Positions 8,416-18,355 of a DNA stretch of 39,402 nucleotides are shown piece after piece. This DNA comes from a virus (Duplodnaviria; Heunggongvirae; Uroviricota; Caudoviricetes), in IMG/VR virus record IMGVR_UViG_2541047754_000004; one strand, given 5' to 3'. Each line of letters starts with the position of its first letter. Positions within the stretch are counted from its first letter, which is position 1. Position numbers and translations under genes: made by a program. A model generated the notes under the pieces. That model worked only from the letters and a program-made list of their open reading frames with translations. It was not told the DNA's origin and ran no database searches.

Positions 8416-10403
8416 TAACCCACCCTCACCTGATTACTTCGCATGACCTGAGCATTTGCAGACTGTTGCCGACGTGCAACCTCATTACCGACAGCGTGCG
8501 GATCTCCGCCACCGTAAATGTGGTAGGTATTTTGCTGGTTAACCTCTGTCACTTTGCCACTAATTCCCGCCACGGCAGCCTTATTAATCAGCTCTCGAGA
8601 ATAGATATTTCTTCCATTCTCATGCTGGATAATGCTGCTCATCAATGCTGACATGGTTTGCGGATCGCTCATATTCAGGGCAGCCCGGGGATCCACTCCC
8701 AGTCGTTGCGATACAGCCCTGATATACGCAGTTGTGTTGTTATTATCAGACGCAGGTGCCCAGGTAGAGATAATTTTCTCCACACTGTTTATTCCCCGTC
8801 CGGCGTACAGCATTAACTGACGAGCAAGAGCCCGTAATCCATCAAAGGCAGTTTCAAATCTGGCAAATCGCCCGCCCGGGCGTTCAAGAGAAGCCCCTGC
8901 CTGACCAGCAAAATTAAGGTTTCCCGGATTGTTATTCCGTTCTCCTCGTTTCGTAGCCTGTGCATGTTGTTCCGGCTCATCATCACCAAACCAGCCGCGT
9001 ACCGTCCGGCCCACACTGCGGGGATCAAATCCCCAGTGCTCTTTAATCCAGTCGGCAGTACTGTTAGCGCTGTCTGTAACCATCGGCATCGCTGACGGAT
9101 TTTCGCTGCCCTGATTAAGTATCTGTTTGCCGATGCTGACGGCATCAGCCCAGCGGCCATCTTTGATAGCGTTGAGCAGGTCGGCGATCATGTTCAGCAT
9201 TTTGCTGAATTCGCCCATCTGGTCGATGAAGTTGCTGAAATCCCACTTCAGGGACCATGATTTGGGGTCAATATTGAGCAGTTTCGCCAGCGCTTTCACC
9301 AGGTCGTTAACGGTCGTTTTAAGGTCACGAACCATCTTCAGCGCGGCATCAACCTCCGGTTTCCACTTGCCCCAGTCAATCAGGCTGTCGCCGCCTTCCT
9401 TCCAGGTCTGATAGTCCTCCCACAGGAGGGCAATCCCCGCCGCCAGCGCGGTAATGAGGCCAATCGGCGACATCCAGAACGTACTGTTCAGAATGCGCAG
9501 CGCAATCGTCAGTGCGCCAAACAGCGAGATCAACTCCCGCGTTTGCTTATCCAGCGATTGCCACCAGGTGATGAGGCCTGATGTCCCCTCAATCAGTCTG
9601 AAGAACAGCCGCCCGATAATATCCCCGAGCGCCAGAATGCCTTTTATGGCTTTCGTCAGGGTCTGCTCGATACGCGGGAAGTTGTCCAGGATATGGCGGC
9701 GCAGTGTGTCCAGCGAACCCGCAAGCCCACCCGCAAGATTAGAGCCGATTTTGTCACGGGCCATGCCTGCCATCGCGCCAAACTCACGCAGGGAGGTCAT
9801 AAATTTGTTGGAGCTTCTGGCCGCCTCGTCAGCATTGAAGCCGATAGCTTTCGCCATTGCGCTGTACTGCCCGGAGAAGCCACCCACACCGCGACGCATA
9901 GCCAACAGGGTATTTTCGTCAATGCCCAGCATCTGCGCATACTGGTTAGCACGGTAATACGGCATGTCGCTGAGCTTCTGGCCTACCCCTGTAAAAATAG
10001 CGGCCATGTCACGCATGTTACCGCTGGCATCCCGTGTCTGTACCCCCAGACGATTCAGAAATCCCTCCGCCCCGGGATTGTTACGAATAAACCGGGAGAG
10101 GCTTTCCAGAGAAGATCGCGCAGCGTCCACGCTGCCGCCAACCTGCGAAACCGCATAGCCAATAGACTGAATTCCCTGGACTGTCGCGCCGGTGCGCTGT
10201 GACGCCCAGTAAAGATTATCCAGGCCGGAGGCGATCTTAGCCGTGAAGGCCACCACGGACAGCGCAGCTCCTTCAACAGCCAGCCCCATTTTGATGACAT
10301 TTGCAGTTGTACCGGCGAGGACAGAACCGAACTTTTTCGCTCCTGCATCATCCACACTGAAGCCAAGCGAGACGAGGAAATCTTTAATAGTTTCAGCGTT
10401 CAT
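8415..10403 (-). CDS. Tail tape measure protein
   Basis: About 662 aa; alpha-helical, hydrophobic central segments; directly downstream of frameshifted chaperone; start taken at MNAETIK (GGAGAGAGG upstream), ORF track allows 10424. Confidence 0.85.
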   Translation of the reverse strand: MNAETIKDFLVSLGFSVDDAGAKKFGSVLAGTTANVIKMGLAVEGAALSVVAFTAKIASGLDNLYWASQRTGATVQGIQSIGYAVSQVGGSVDAARSSLESLSRFIRNNPGAEGFLNRLGVQTRDASGNMRDMAAIFTGVGQKLSDMPYYRANQYAQMLGIDENTLLAMRRGVGGFSGQYSAMAKAIGFNADEAARSSNKFMTSLREFGAMAGMARDKIGSNLAGGLAGSLDTLRRHILDNFPRIEQTLTKAIKGILALGDIIGRLFFRLIEGTSGLITWWQSLDKQTRELISLFGALTIALRILNSTFWMSPIGLITALAAGIALLWEDYQTWKEGGDSLIDWGKWKPEVDAALKMVRDLKTTVNDLVKALAKLLNIDPKSWSLKWDFSNFIDQMGEFSKMLNMIADLLNAIKDGRWADAVSIGKQILNQGSENPSAMPMVTDSANSTADWIKEHWGFDPRSVGRTVRGWFGDDEPEQHAQATKRGERNNNPGNLNFAGQAGASLERPGGRFARFETAFDGLRALARQLMLYAGRGINSVEKIISTWAPASDNNNTTAYIRAVSQRLGVDPRAALNMSDPQTMSALMSSIIQHENGRNIYSRELINKAAVAGISGKVTEVNQQNTYHIYGGGDPHAVGNEVARRQQSANAQVMRSNQVRVG

Positions 10404-10638
10404 TATCCTCTCTCCATTTCTCAATGCGTCGCTGGTTATCCGCTTTTACCGCCAGATGGTCATTCAAGAGAGCAATGTCATACAAATCGACAGAGCCATC
10501 TTTAAGTGCTGTATAAGGAATTAACCCGGCGTCAACCGGATTGAGAAGGTAGGACAGCCCGTCCGGCAGGCTGTTAAACGTCAGCCCTGTTGCAGGCTCT
10601 GCGTCGTGCTGGTAAGGGGTGTAGGCAAAAAATTTCCC
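10393..10638 (-). other. Programmed -1 frameshift site and extension ORF giving the chaperone fusion (gpGT/E'-like)
   Basis: Minus-strand run GGGAAATTTTTTG contains heptamers G_GGA_AAT, A_AAT_TTT and T_TTT_TTG in the zero frame; the -1 frame then stays open about 80 codons to a TGA overlapping the tape measure start. Confidence 0.65.
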
Positions 10639-11033
10639 AGCGAATCGGCGACCACCCGCGCCACCAGTTGCAGCATGACCAGCAGGTCAATATCATCAAA
10701 CATCAGTTCACCCTGGGTAAATACCGGCACCCATCCGTCCATATGACGCCGCGATACCACCGCAAGACAGGGATGAATAATCGCATCGGTGTCATCTTCG
10801 GTCAGGGAAGACAGTTCCTCAGCGATACGCGGGAGCATGGTTTCAAACACCGGTTTTAACTGTTCGAATTTCACGGTGTCGATTTTGCCGTCAGCAGGCA
10901 AACGGGAGCGAATACTCCCGAAATCTGACATCATTCCTGCCAGCACCGGCAGAAGTTTGCGGGTCACTTTCAGCTGGTCAAAAACGCTGAGTTTTGCCGT
11001 GCGATATTTCACGCCTTTAATTTCGAATTCCAT
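10581..11033 (-). CDS. Tail assembly chaperone (gpG/E-like), zero-frame product
   Basis: 150 aa; between tube and tape measure; slippery run 17 codons before stop. Confidence 0.75.
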   Translation of the reverse strand: MEFEIKGVKYRTAKLSVFDQLKVTRKLLPVLAGMMSDFGSIRSRLPADGKIDTVKFEQLKPVFETMLPRIAEELSSLTEDDTDAIIHPCLAVVSRRHMDGWVPVFTQGELMFDDIDLLVMLQLVARVVADSLGNFLPTPLTSTTQSLQQG

Positions 11034-11036
11034 GTA

Positions 11037-11477
11037 TTAAAACTCCCCGAGAACCTGGTCAATCTTGCCGCAGTCAAACACCCACGGCATCGTATTACCG
11101 GTTTTAGCGTTGGCGTTATCCGGTTGTTTCTGGAACGCAACACTGCGTGCCGTGATGATGTCGCCGCTGACCTTGTTGCGGATCACGATAACGTTATTCC
11201 CCCATGTGGCAGAAGACTGGCTCTGTGCGTTATACGCCAGCGACAATTTTTTATTTGTCGGTGATGTCTTCAGAAGGTTAACGGTAATCGTCCCGCTTTT
11301 ATCTGCATGGAGGCTGTGCATCACTTCGCCATCAGCACCGATGGTCATGGTGTTTTTAGGACCGCCCATCGCAACCACAATCCCCTCCTCAGAACTTGCC
11401 GAACCGTACCCGAGGTCAATCGAACCGGTCGGCCCGGTCAGCGTCGCAGTGACATCCATAAAAGAATAGGTAGACAT
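11037..11477 (-). CDS. Tail tube protein
   Basis: 146 aa; immediately downstream of sheath. Confidence 0.7.
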   Translation of the reverse strand: MSTYSFMDVTATLTGPTGSIDLGYGSASSEEGIVVAMGGPKNTMTIGADGEVMHSLHADKSGTITVNLLKTSPTNKKLSLAYNAQSQSSATWGNNVIVIRNKVSGDIITARSVAFQKQPDNANAKTGNTMPWVFDCGKIDQVLGEF

Positions 11478-11487
11478 TCACTTCCCC

Positions 11488-12633
11488 TTAGCGAACAACG
11501 TTAATCTGTACGTCAGCGTAATGAACCGCGCCTGCAAGTTTTATTGCAGCCTGAATCACCGGAGCCTTACGGGCTTCACGTTCTGATTGTGCCTGTTCAT
11601 CCAGCGGCTGGGCGTATACGTAATAACCTTTGGGCAGCGTGTCACCTGATGACAACTGGCCAAGGTCGCCCCCGTTCCATACGCCCGGAGCAATCAGTCC
11701 ATTCTGAACGGCCTGATCCAGTGATTTTTCAACATTTGATAACAGTCGGGTAATACCGGCTTCAGTCTGGGGAACTTTCGTGGTGCTGGTATAAAGCAGG
11801 TTATAGAGGCTGGTCTGCACATAATTCTGTAACCAGTCCAGACCGTGGCGTTCATCAAAGAAATCGCCGTTAGCCATCACTCCCTGCTGGAGGATAGCCG
11901 TATCATTCTGGTAGTACACGAACACATTGCAGTTTTTTGCATCAAGTGCCGATGCCTGGCTGACTGTCAGTGTTTCATACCCGACACCCGGCTCCTGCTT
12001 AAACTTGAGCGTAATCGCGGTATTACTGCCATTGAAATTAACCGTGAATGCCCGGCCAAATGCAGATAACGCAGCGTATTTATTACCCGATGAATACTGA
12101 ATAAAACTGCGTGAATATCCGGCGGTTTTCAGTTTTGATGCCAAATCATCGCTGGATGCAGTCTGCAGGCATTTCTCATCGCTTGTCGTAATCGCCAGAA
12201 TACGGCTTACAGAAGAGGATTCGATCGCCGCAGCCACTTTCAGCCAGTCTGCATCCGGAATATCTTCATCGTCTGCAATCCCCAGCCCATACCATGAAGT
12301 ATAATCGAGCATGGCATTCACAGCCTGCTCCAGCGTCTCAGGCGTGGCCTGTTCGCTGTCTCCCTTCGTTTTCACCCAACGACCAACAAAAACCTCCTGA
12401 GGTTTCGGTGATTGTGAGAAAAACACCTGCGCAGCCTTATATTCTGGTGATTCCACGCCAAAATCTTTTCCAATATCTTCCGCGGCAGAATAACGGCGAA
12501 TGCGCTCACTTACCGGAATGATTGTGGATGGGCCGAGAATGAGTAATGCACCAAAATTTCGCCCTGATGCTGCACGCGGCGACATGATCACATCAACATT
12601 AACAACGTTTGATACAGGCAAGCCCTGTGCCAT
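11488..12633 (-). CDS. Tail sheath protein
   Basis: 381 aa; size and position typical of contractile-tail sheath. Confidence 0.8.
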   Translation of the reverse strand: MAQGLPVSNVVNVDVIMSPRAASGRNFGALLILGPSTIIPVSERIRRYSAAEDIGKDFGVESPEYKAAQVFFSQSPKPQEVFVGRWVKTKGDSEQATPETLEQAVNAMLDYTSWYGLGIADDEDIPDADWLKVAAAIESSSVSRILAITTSDEKCLQTASSDDLASKLKTAGYSRSFIQYSSGNKYAALSAFGRAFTVNFNGSNTAITLKFKQEPGVGYETLTVSQASALDAKNCNVFVYYQNDTAILQQGVMANGDFFDERHGLDWLQNYVQTSLYNLLYTSTTKVPQTEAGITRLLSNVEKSLDQAVQNGLIAPGVWNGGDLGQLSSGDTLPKGYYVYAQPLDEQAQSEREARKAPVIQAAIKLAGAVHYADVQINVVR

Positions 12634-12636
12634 AGC

Positions 12637-13200
12637 TTAATCTCCGAAAAAGATGACTGGTGCTTCCACCAGCGATTTAATACCGTACTCGCGCACAACC
12701 TTCCGGCGCAGGCGCACCGTCATATCGTAGCGGCGGACCCATTGCTGATTAATAAGTTCAGGGAAGGGAGTCAAACCTGTGTAATCGCCAAGAGACAGCC
12801 CCAGCGCATTCAGTGCTGCGTTGTTCTGCGGTACAGATATACCGTCACGAAACCGGGACGCATACACCATCCCCGCCGGACCATAAAACGAAGCCATACA
12901 CTCAATCGTTTCATGCCGCCAGAGCTGAGAGCCATCATCGGTCTGTCTGGTGAATGCCGGACTGTCATCACCTGACCATCCGATAACCCCAAACGCACAC
13001 CAGTTCGTTTCAGCCGGTAGCAGTGGCGGTTGCTCTTTCTGCCAGCGCGGACGAACCATCCCGGCAGACAGACCGGAAACGTTACGCATCCACTGGCTTA
13101 ACAGCCTGTCGAGCGCTTCGTCATAATCCGGATCGCCACTGGTTGGTATCAGCCATCCGCGCTCTGTGCTGGTGTTATTGCTCAACCGAAATTCCCCCAT
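12637..13200 (-). CDS. Neck or tail-completion protein
   Basis: About 187 aa; position between connector genes and sheath; start uncertain (13200 or 13245). Confidence 0.5.
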   Translation of the reverse strand: MGEFRLSNNTSTERGWLIPTSGDPDYDEALDRLLSQWMRNVSGLSAGMVRPRWQKEQPPLLPAETNWCAFGVIGWSGDDSPAFTRQTDDGSQLWRHETIECMASFYGPAGMVYASRFRDGISVPQNNAALNALGLSLGDYTGLTPFPELINQQWVRRYDMTVRLRRKVVREYGIKSLVEAPVIFFGD

Positions 13201-13564
13201 CAAACGGCAGCAACTCACAATGCGCCTGAACGAATCCGGCACCATACGCTGTATACGGGTCGACGAAAGTCACACGATAATCACGGCCCTGATACGTCAC
13301 GATATCGGCATCACGGCCAGTCTGTCCCTGCGTCAGTCGCTCAGTCGTCACAATCAGAATTGCACCACTGATTACCTGCCCGGCCTGCATACGACGGTTT
13401 TCCAGAGAGCGATCAACAGTTACGACTCCGGCAAACTGCTTTTTAACTTCGCTGTCGCTGCCGATCCCGTCCTCATCCACCGTTTGCACACGGCGTGTTA
13501 CCCACAAATTGAAGTCGCAAAAATCGGGGTCAAAAAGCACATCTGTTACATCAAGAGTCGGCAT
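13175..13564 (-). CDS. Neck or head-tail joining protein
   Basis: 129 aa ORF in head-tail junction block. Confidence 0.5.
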   Translation of the reverse strand: MPTLDVTDVLFDPDFCDFNLWVTRRVQTVDEDGIGSDSEVKKQFAGVVTVDRSLENRRMQAGQVISGAILIVTTERLTQGQTGRDADIVTYQGRDYRVTFVDPYTAYGAGFVQAHCELLPFDGGISVEQ

Positions 13565-14105
13565 TTTTATCCCTCACAACATGGGTAATCGCTCTGCGAT
13601 ATTGCCCGGTGTCAATTAATGGTTTCGCCAGTTCGGTTCCCGGGGATTCGCCAGCAGCACGCCGGGCAAGTTCCAGTGTTGCCCCCTTGCGCCCCCGACG
13701 AGCCCGGGCTTCAACAGTACTGTCAGCAAGCGGCGTAAAGCCGGTAATGGTCATGTAACGCCTGACGCCATTAACGGCCAGCGTTCCGGCACGGTTGAGT
13801 GCGCTTTCTGCTCCCGCAGCATTACCATCAAGTGCAGCCTGCGCCGCGGTTTTGAGCTGCGGCACCGTCAGCTCTTCTGCCGATTTAACGCCGGGGACCA
13901 GGTGAGGTCGTGGCGGGATGTTCTGCTCTGGTGAGCCGTATTCGTTGAGGTAACCGATGCCCGCATTACCAAACGGAACATCATCCCGCCCGCTGTCTTC
14001 CGAAGGGATGCCGACCAGCACATCTTTTTTGGTTAACGACCTGAGCGCATCCAGAATGGCCTTAGCGTTATCCACCCTCGTTGTTACACCGCTTTTGAAA
14101 CTCAT
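13551..14105 (-). CDS. Neck or head-tail joining protein
   Basis: 184 aa ORF; overlapping start/stop with neighbours. Confidence 0.5.
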   Translation of the reverse strand: MSFKSGVTTRVDNAKAILDALRSLTKKDVLVGIPSEDSGRDDVPFGNAGIGYLNEYGSPEQNIPPRPHLVPGVKSAEELTVPQLKTAAQAALDGNAAGAESALNRAGTLAVNGVRRYMTITGFTPLADSTVEARARRGRKGATLELARRAAGESPGTELAKPLIDTGQYRRAITHVVRDKNADS

Positions 14106-14509
14106 AGCTGGCGACCGCCTGCACCGAACATCGTGATCAACTGATAAAATTCAGCGCCATATCGGGTGTTATTCCAGAAACCTGCATCAGGATTCAGCGT
14201 CGCGCTGGTGTCATAGCTGACGCTTACCTTGTCAACGGACTTTGAGGACTGAACACCATTGGTTGAACCGCCCGGACCACCAGCCAGCATCGCCCGGCTG
14301 TCTGCCGCCCAGAGCGTCATGTAGTGCGCAACGAACAACCCGGCAAAGTACGGAAACAACTTTTTGCCGGTGACGTTTTCGGTCAGCAGTTCATCGGCCA
14401 GATTCAGACGGAACCCGATTTGGGCGTCGGGATATTTTGCCGGGTCAGCAAACTGCGGGAAGTCGCGTCGAAAATCACTTACCGCTGGCAGACTTTGATT
14501 CTTTGACAT
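14102..14509 (-). CDS. Head-tail connector or head completion protein
   Basis: About 135 aa from MSKNQSLP (ATG at 14509); follows capsid block. Confidence 0.5.
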   Translation of the reverse strand: MSKNQSLPAVSDFRRDFPQFADPAKYPDAQIGFRLNLADELLTENVTGKKLFPYFAGLFVAHYMTLWAADSRAMLAGGPGGSTNGVQSSKSVDKVSVSYDTSATLNPDAGFWNNTRYGAEFYQLITMFGAGGRQL

Positions 14510-14843
14510 CTTTAGCCCCATTACCGCCAGCCCGGGCGGCAGTAATTTGCGCCTGCAGGCTGTCGTTCTGCTCCTGCAGTTTGAGCAATGCATCTTTCAG
14601 ATCGGCAATCAGCTTATCTTTGTCGGCAATCTGCGCTTGCAGGCCGTCGATAATGGGTTGCAGATCATCGGTGTCGCTAATCACGCTTTCGGAAAGCTCA
14701 GAGTGCGCCTGGGTGAACCAGTGCGACGCGACTTCTTCCGGTACGTTATGTCGTCCCCGGCCAAACTCCTGTTTTGACTGATCGCCGAGCGTCAGCGTAA
14801 ACGGGGTGTGAACATGGATGGTAACCAGCTTTTCTTTCGCCAT
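14475..14843 (-). CDS. Coiled-coil head-associated protein, unknown function
   Basis: About 122 aa from [12 protein letters not shown]; the longer ORF-track extension would overlap the capsid gene. Confidence 0.5.
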   Translation of the reverse strand: MAKEKLVTIHVHTPFTLTLGDQSKQEFGRGRHNVPEEVASHWFTQAHSELSESVISDTDDLQPIIDGLQAQIADKDKLIADLKDALLKLQEQNDSLQAQITAARAGGNGAKDVKESKSASGK

Positions 14844-14883
14844 TTCAGTTTCCTTCAGGCCCCTTTCGGGGCCATTCTGGTTA

Positions 14884-15825
14884 TCAGATACCGTCCACAT
14901 AGGACAGAGTTTCTTTATACACTGGCTCAACCGCACCCAGCTTGCCGTAGTAAGTGACGATCTGATACAGACCGCGATACTGCACCGGCACGCTCTGAAG
15001 CGGAACCAGCGGGTAGCGGACGTATTTTTTATCGTTGGTGTACGCAACCATGCGATCCTTTTTCCCCACACCACGGCCTTTCAGCCATTTAACCGCGCGG
15101 ATATTCAGCGGAACACCGTTCTGGTGATAGCTGATGGTGTTGGTCTGAAGATACGTCAACAGGGACTGGTTACCCGCAGATGAAACGATGATGCTGGACA
15201 ACAGAGCAAACTGCTCAGGCGGGATCAGCAAATCACGCGGAACCACAGAGTAACCGGAAGCGGCCCACGCATCAGACAGCACCTGGTTAATGCTTGCGCG
15301 GATTTCGTCCGGTGTTGAGGTTGCCCACGTTTTGGCAGCGTTGTTGACAGGCACGCCGTCCAGGGTAACAAGGCCTTTCAGGTTTAATGCGGAATCGCCA
15401 ACATATACCTGTTCATCGTTATCCATCTGCCATTTCAGTTGCATACCGTCATACTTCTGCGTATCAATCGGGCGGCCGACCTGCTGAGCAGCCTGCAATT
15501 CTATGACCGTCCAGCCAAGTTCCATCCCCCACAGGTTCAGCGGGTTACCGGATTTGCCGGTATCCACGTTCACGCCAGCAATAGCGGTTGAGTCTTTGCC
15601 TACCCAGTTTTTGCCATTCGGATTTGCACCAGTACCCGCAGCGGCGAAGCTGGTATTCGTCCAGCTGGAAATGTCATCTGCGATAGAGACATCTTCACGC
15701 AACTGAATATCGCGGGTCCAGGTGTACCCCACCAGTGGCAGGTTCAGCGTCTGGTCGAGTCGCTCCAGCTCCCCGATGAGAAAGGCACCAGAGCTGTCAA
15801 CGGTTGCCTGATCAAAAGTAATCAT
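14884..15825 (-). CDS. Major capsid protein
   Basis: 313 aa; follows scaffold/protease and a small head protein. Confidence 0.75.
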   Translation of the reverse strand: MITFDQATVDSSGAFLIGELERLDQTLNLPLVGYTWTRDIQLREDVSIADDISSWTNTSFAAAGTGANPNGKNWVGKDSTAIAGVNVDTGKSGNPLNLWGMELGWTVIELQAAQQVGRPIDTQKYDGMQLKWQMDNDEQVYVGDSALNLKGLVTLDGVPVNNAAKTWATSTPDEIRASINQVLSDAWAASGYSVVPRDLLIPPEQFALLSSIIVSSAGNQSLLTYLQTNTISYHQNGVPLNIRAVKWLKGRGVGKKDRMVAYTNDKKYVRYPLVPLQSVPVQYRGLYQIVTYYGKLGAVEPVYKETLSYVDGI

Positions 15826-15836
15826 TCGTCTGTTCC

Positions 15837-16343
15837 TTAAATCTTCCAGGAAATTTCTGCATTGCCGTCAGCATCACCGGCACCTGTGAATTCAGCGTTG
15901 GTCAGCACCACATTTTTGCCACTGACTGACGTGGACATGAATCCACCCAGCGGCACTTTGATGGATTCATCAGTGGAGACGACAACGTATACCGGGTCGC
16001 CTTTTTTGATGGTGCTGGCATCAAAATCAGAACCGAGATTAACAGTCACGTAGCCACGCTTCATGGCGTCGCCCGGGAAGTTCTTGCCTGTTCCCACCTG
16101 GCGAACCATGTCCGGCTGCGACGTGGTCGGATAAGGGCGCACGTAGATCCCCTTCACCTTGTCTGCGGTATCACCATCTGCCAGCGGCACGAAAAAACCG
16201 TCATCATCGTATTTACCAGCCAGGCCATAGGCAGCGAAGGCGTTATCGGATTTAAGGACCACCGGTTCGACGGTTAAGTCCTGCGGGCGAGAGACAGCCC
16301 CGGCAATGCCAACAGGCATCCGGTACAGAAATACATTATTCAT
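15837..16343 (-). CDS. Head decoration or accessory protein
   Basis: 168 aa; position between scaffold/protease and capsid. Confidence 0.5.
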   Translation of the reverse strand: MNNVFLYRMPVGIAGAVSRPQDLTVEPVVLKSDNAFAAYGLAGKYDDDGFFVPLADGDTADKVKGIYVRPYPTTSQPDMVRQVGTGKNFPGDAMKRGYVTVNLGSDFDASTIKKGDPVYVVVSTDESIKVPLGGFMSTSVSGKNVVLTNAEFTGAGDADGNAEISWKI

Positions 16344-16346
16344 TTT

Positions 16347-17567
16347 TTACCCTTTACGGTTTGCCCAGAATTCAGCGTTTTGTTTGTTCAGGGAAGCGAT
16401 ACTGGTCATGCCCATGTTTAGGCGCTGTGCATCGCCGGTGGTGGCGCGGGTGTTTCGCCCTTTGGCAATCTCAGACACGGCATTAAACGCCATGTCGACC
16501 GATTGTTTCGGCAATTTGCGGATATCCGCATCACCGACGATCTGGCGAACCAGCGTTTTATCTGCGGAAGCCAGAACCTCGCGTTTGAACTCGGTCGGTT
16601 TCATCTTACGGCTCAGATCGATACCCGGAACGATAACTTCGGCACGCCAGGCTGAGTCACCAGTAATCGTGGTTTCCTCTTCATCGTCCTCGCCGTCACC
16701 GGTCGGATTATCGTCAGGCTTATTATCGTTATCGCCCGTGGCATTTCCTTCCAGCTTAGCCAGCAGGGCTTTCAGTAATGTTTTGAGGTCATCATCACTG
16801 TCGCCGGTTGGACCTCCACCCATCTCTGGTGCTTTGTCCGGTAGTGGTTGCTGCGGGGACAGGTTGATGTTGAGATTAACGCCCTGCGGCAAATCCCCCT
16901 CATCTCCTGTAACCGATGCGGGAGCCGACTCCACCAGTTCGTTCATGGTGTCGGCATCTCCTGTCTTGATGGCTGCGCGCATGCGGTTCCACCAGTTTTT
17001 CTTTTGATTTGCCATTGTGTCTCTGTCTCCAATTGCACAACGATTTCCGGCTCTGCCTTTGGGGACAAGAGCCACATGGTTTCCGGTAATATCGACCTGC
17101 TCGGCTTTACCTGGCTCGGTCTGCTCGTACTCCGCGTCATAGCCGCACGACACTTCACGCAGGCCATCTTCGATAAGCTGAATGGCGTTTTCGTCTTTGA
17201 CGATAAGGTCAGCCAGCATCAAATCAGACTGCTCACCCGTCCCGCGCCGGACATTCTGGAGGTGCCCGACAGCAAGCTCTTTCCAGTTCTCGGGATTTAC
17301 CAGCCGCACATTCCCGTTTTCATCTTCAGGATGCAGGATCGTGATGCTCATCCCTTCGAATGAGGCAAGCGTGGCCGGATGGAATACCTGCTCAGGAGAA
17401 CGTGTGACGACTATTTCACCGAACTTATCGGGTTTCAGTTTTGGCAGGTCATCAGCACCATAGAGCTGCTTACCTGTTCGTCCTATCGGCACGTCTTTGC
17501 ACAGCAACGAGCCGTCAGCCAGCTGGTAGCGGGTTTCTCCCAGCCGGGTATTGAAAAAATATTTCAT
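16347..17567 (-). CDS. Prohead protease / scaffold fusion protein
   Basis: 406 aa; N-terminal globular domain followed by long acidic low-complexity linker (GDNDNKPDDNPTGDGEDDEEE) and helical C-terminus. Confidence 0.65.
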   Translation of the reverse strand: MKYFFNTRLGETRYQLADGSLLCKDVPIGRTGKQLYGADDLPKLKPDKFGEIVVTRSPEQVFHPATLASFEGMSITILHPEDENGNVRLVNPENWKELAVGHLQNVRRGTGEQSDLMLADLIVKDENAIQLIEDGLREVSCGYDAEYEQTEPGKAEQVDITGNHVALVPKGRAGNRCAIGDRDTMANQKKNWWNRMRAAIKTGDADTMNELVESAPASVTGDEGDLPQGVNLNINLSPQQPLPDKAPEMGGGPTGDSDDDLKTLLKALLAKLEGNATGDNDNKPDDNPTGDGEDDEEETTITGDSAWRAEVIVPGIDLSRKMKPTEFKREVLASADKTLVRQIVGDADIRKLPKQSVDMAFNAVSEIAKGRNTRATTGDAQRLNMGMTSIASLNKQNAEFWANRKG

Positions 17568-17581
17568 GGGTTACCTGCGAT

Positions 17582-18355
17582 TCAGGCGGGATAAGATTGG
17601 GAGGTGGGAAAAACGATTTCTTTATAACAGCGACAATTCGGGAGCTCGCCAGCATGACCTGTCATGCCGTCAAGCGTTGGAGGTTTACCCCATTCGACAA
17701 ATTTACCTTCCATTTCCTGATGAGAATGCCTGACGTCACCATCTTCGGCTGTACGCCAGATATAACCATTCGAACCAATTGACAGCGCACGCGCCTGATC
17801 CAGCGCTCCGGTTGCACGTCCAAGTTCAGTACGGGCAATCAGGTCAGCTCTGGACTTTGCTATATCACCCGATGCGGCTATTTCTTTAGCAAAATGTTCC
17901 GCTATCCCACCGGTAACAACAGCTTCTATCGCCCGATTCTGGATGTCGTACACCCTGTCAGCCGCCTCGAGGGGTAGCGATTTGATGTACTTAACCTGTT
18001 CAGCAACGATGGATTTCATCACCTGCCCTGGAGGGGCACTGTTTACCAGATTGCGTAGCTCACGGCTGATGGTTTTGCTGTGTTTACGCCACTGCTCATC
18101 ATTCTTGCGCACAATGTCGGCGGTAAAGTTTTCCGCGACCTTTGTCGCCCAGGGGGTGATGATTTCACTGTAGCGTTCCAGCGCCTCAATAATTTCCGTG
18201 ATACTGTCATTTGAACCATCGTAGCGACCATTTACGATGTCCCCGACCGCCCGCGCTATCCTGCGTAGACTGGTTCGATACCGGATTTCCGCCTGACGGT
18301 TCCTGCGGTTCGTCATCAGGTTCGCCGATGCCGGGCGGCGCTTCGTCTTCGGCAT
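17582..18355 (-). CDS. MuF-like head morphogenesis protein
   Basis: 257 aa; C-terminal GELPNCRCY motif typical of Mu F domain; start uncertain because of 149-nt overlap with portal. Confidence 0.75.
   Translation of the reverse strand: MPKTKRRPASANLMTNRRNRQAEIRYRTSLRRIARAVGDIVNGRYDGSNDSITEIIEALERYSEIITPWATKVAENFTADIVRKNDEQWRKHSKTISRELRNLVNSAPPGQVMKSIVAEQVKYIKSLPLEAADRVYDIQNRAIEAVVTGGIAEHFAKEIAASGDIAKSRADLIARTELGRATGALDQARALSIGSNGYIWRTAEDGDVRHSHQEMEGKFVEWGKPPTLDGMTGHAGELPNCRCYKEIVFPTSQSYPA

Noticed and set aside
9454-10202. Plus-strand ORFs of 167-169 aa antisense to the tape measure gene
   Set aside because: Fully nested in a well-supported minus-strand gene, low-complexity Arg/Ser/Pro-rich translations, no RBS noted; typical antisense artefacts in GC-rich coding DNA
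14844-15074. N-terminal extension of ORF 14475-15074 overlapping the capsid gene
   Set aside because: Extension is Cys/Arg-rich and overlaps the capsid 3' end; the internal ATG at 14843 gives a compact non-overlapping gene
16306-17007. 233-aa plus-strand ORF antisense to the protease/scaffold gene
   Set aside because: Nested in the acidic linker region of the scaffold gene and translates to Ser/Pro-rich low-complexity sequence; likely spurious
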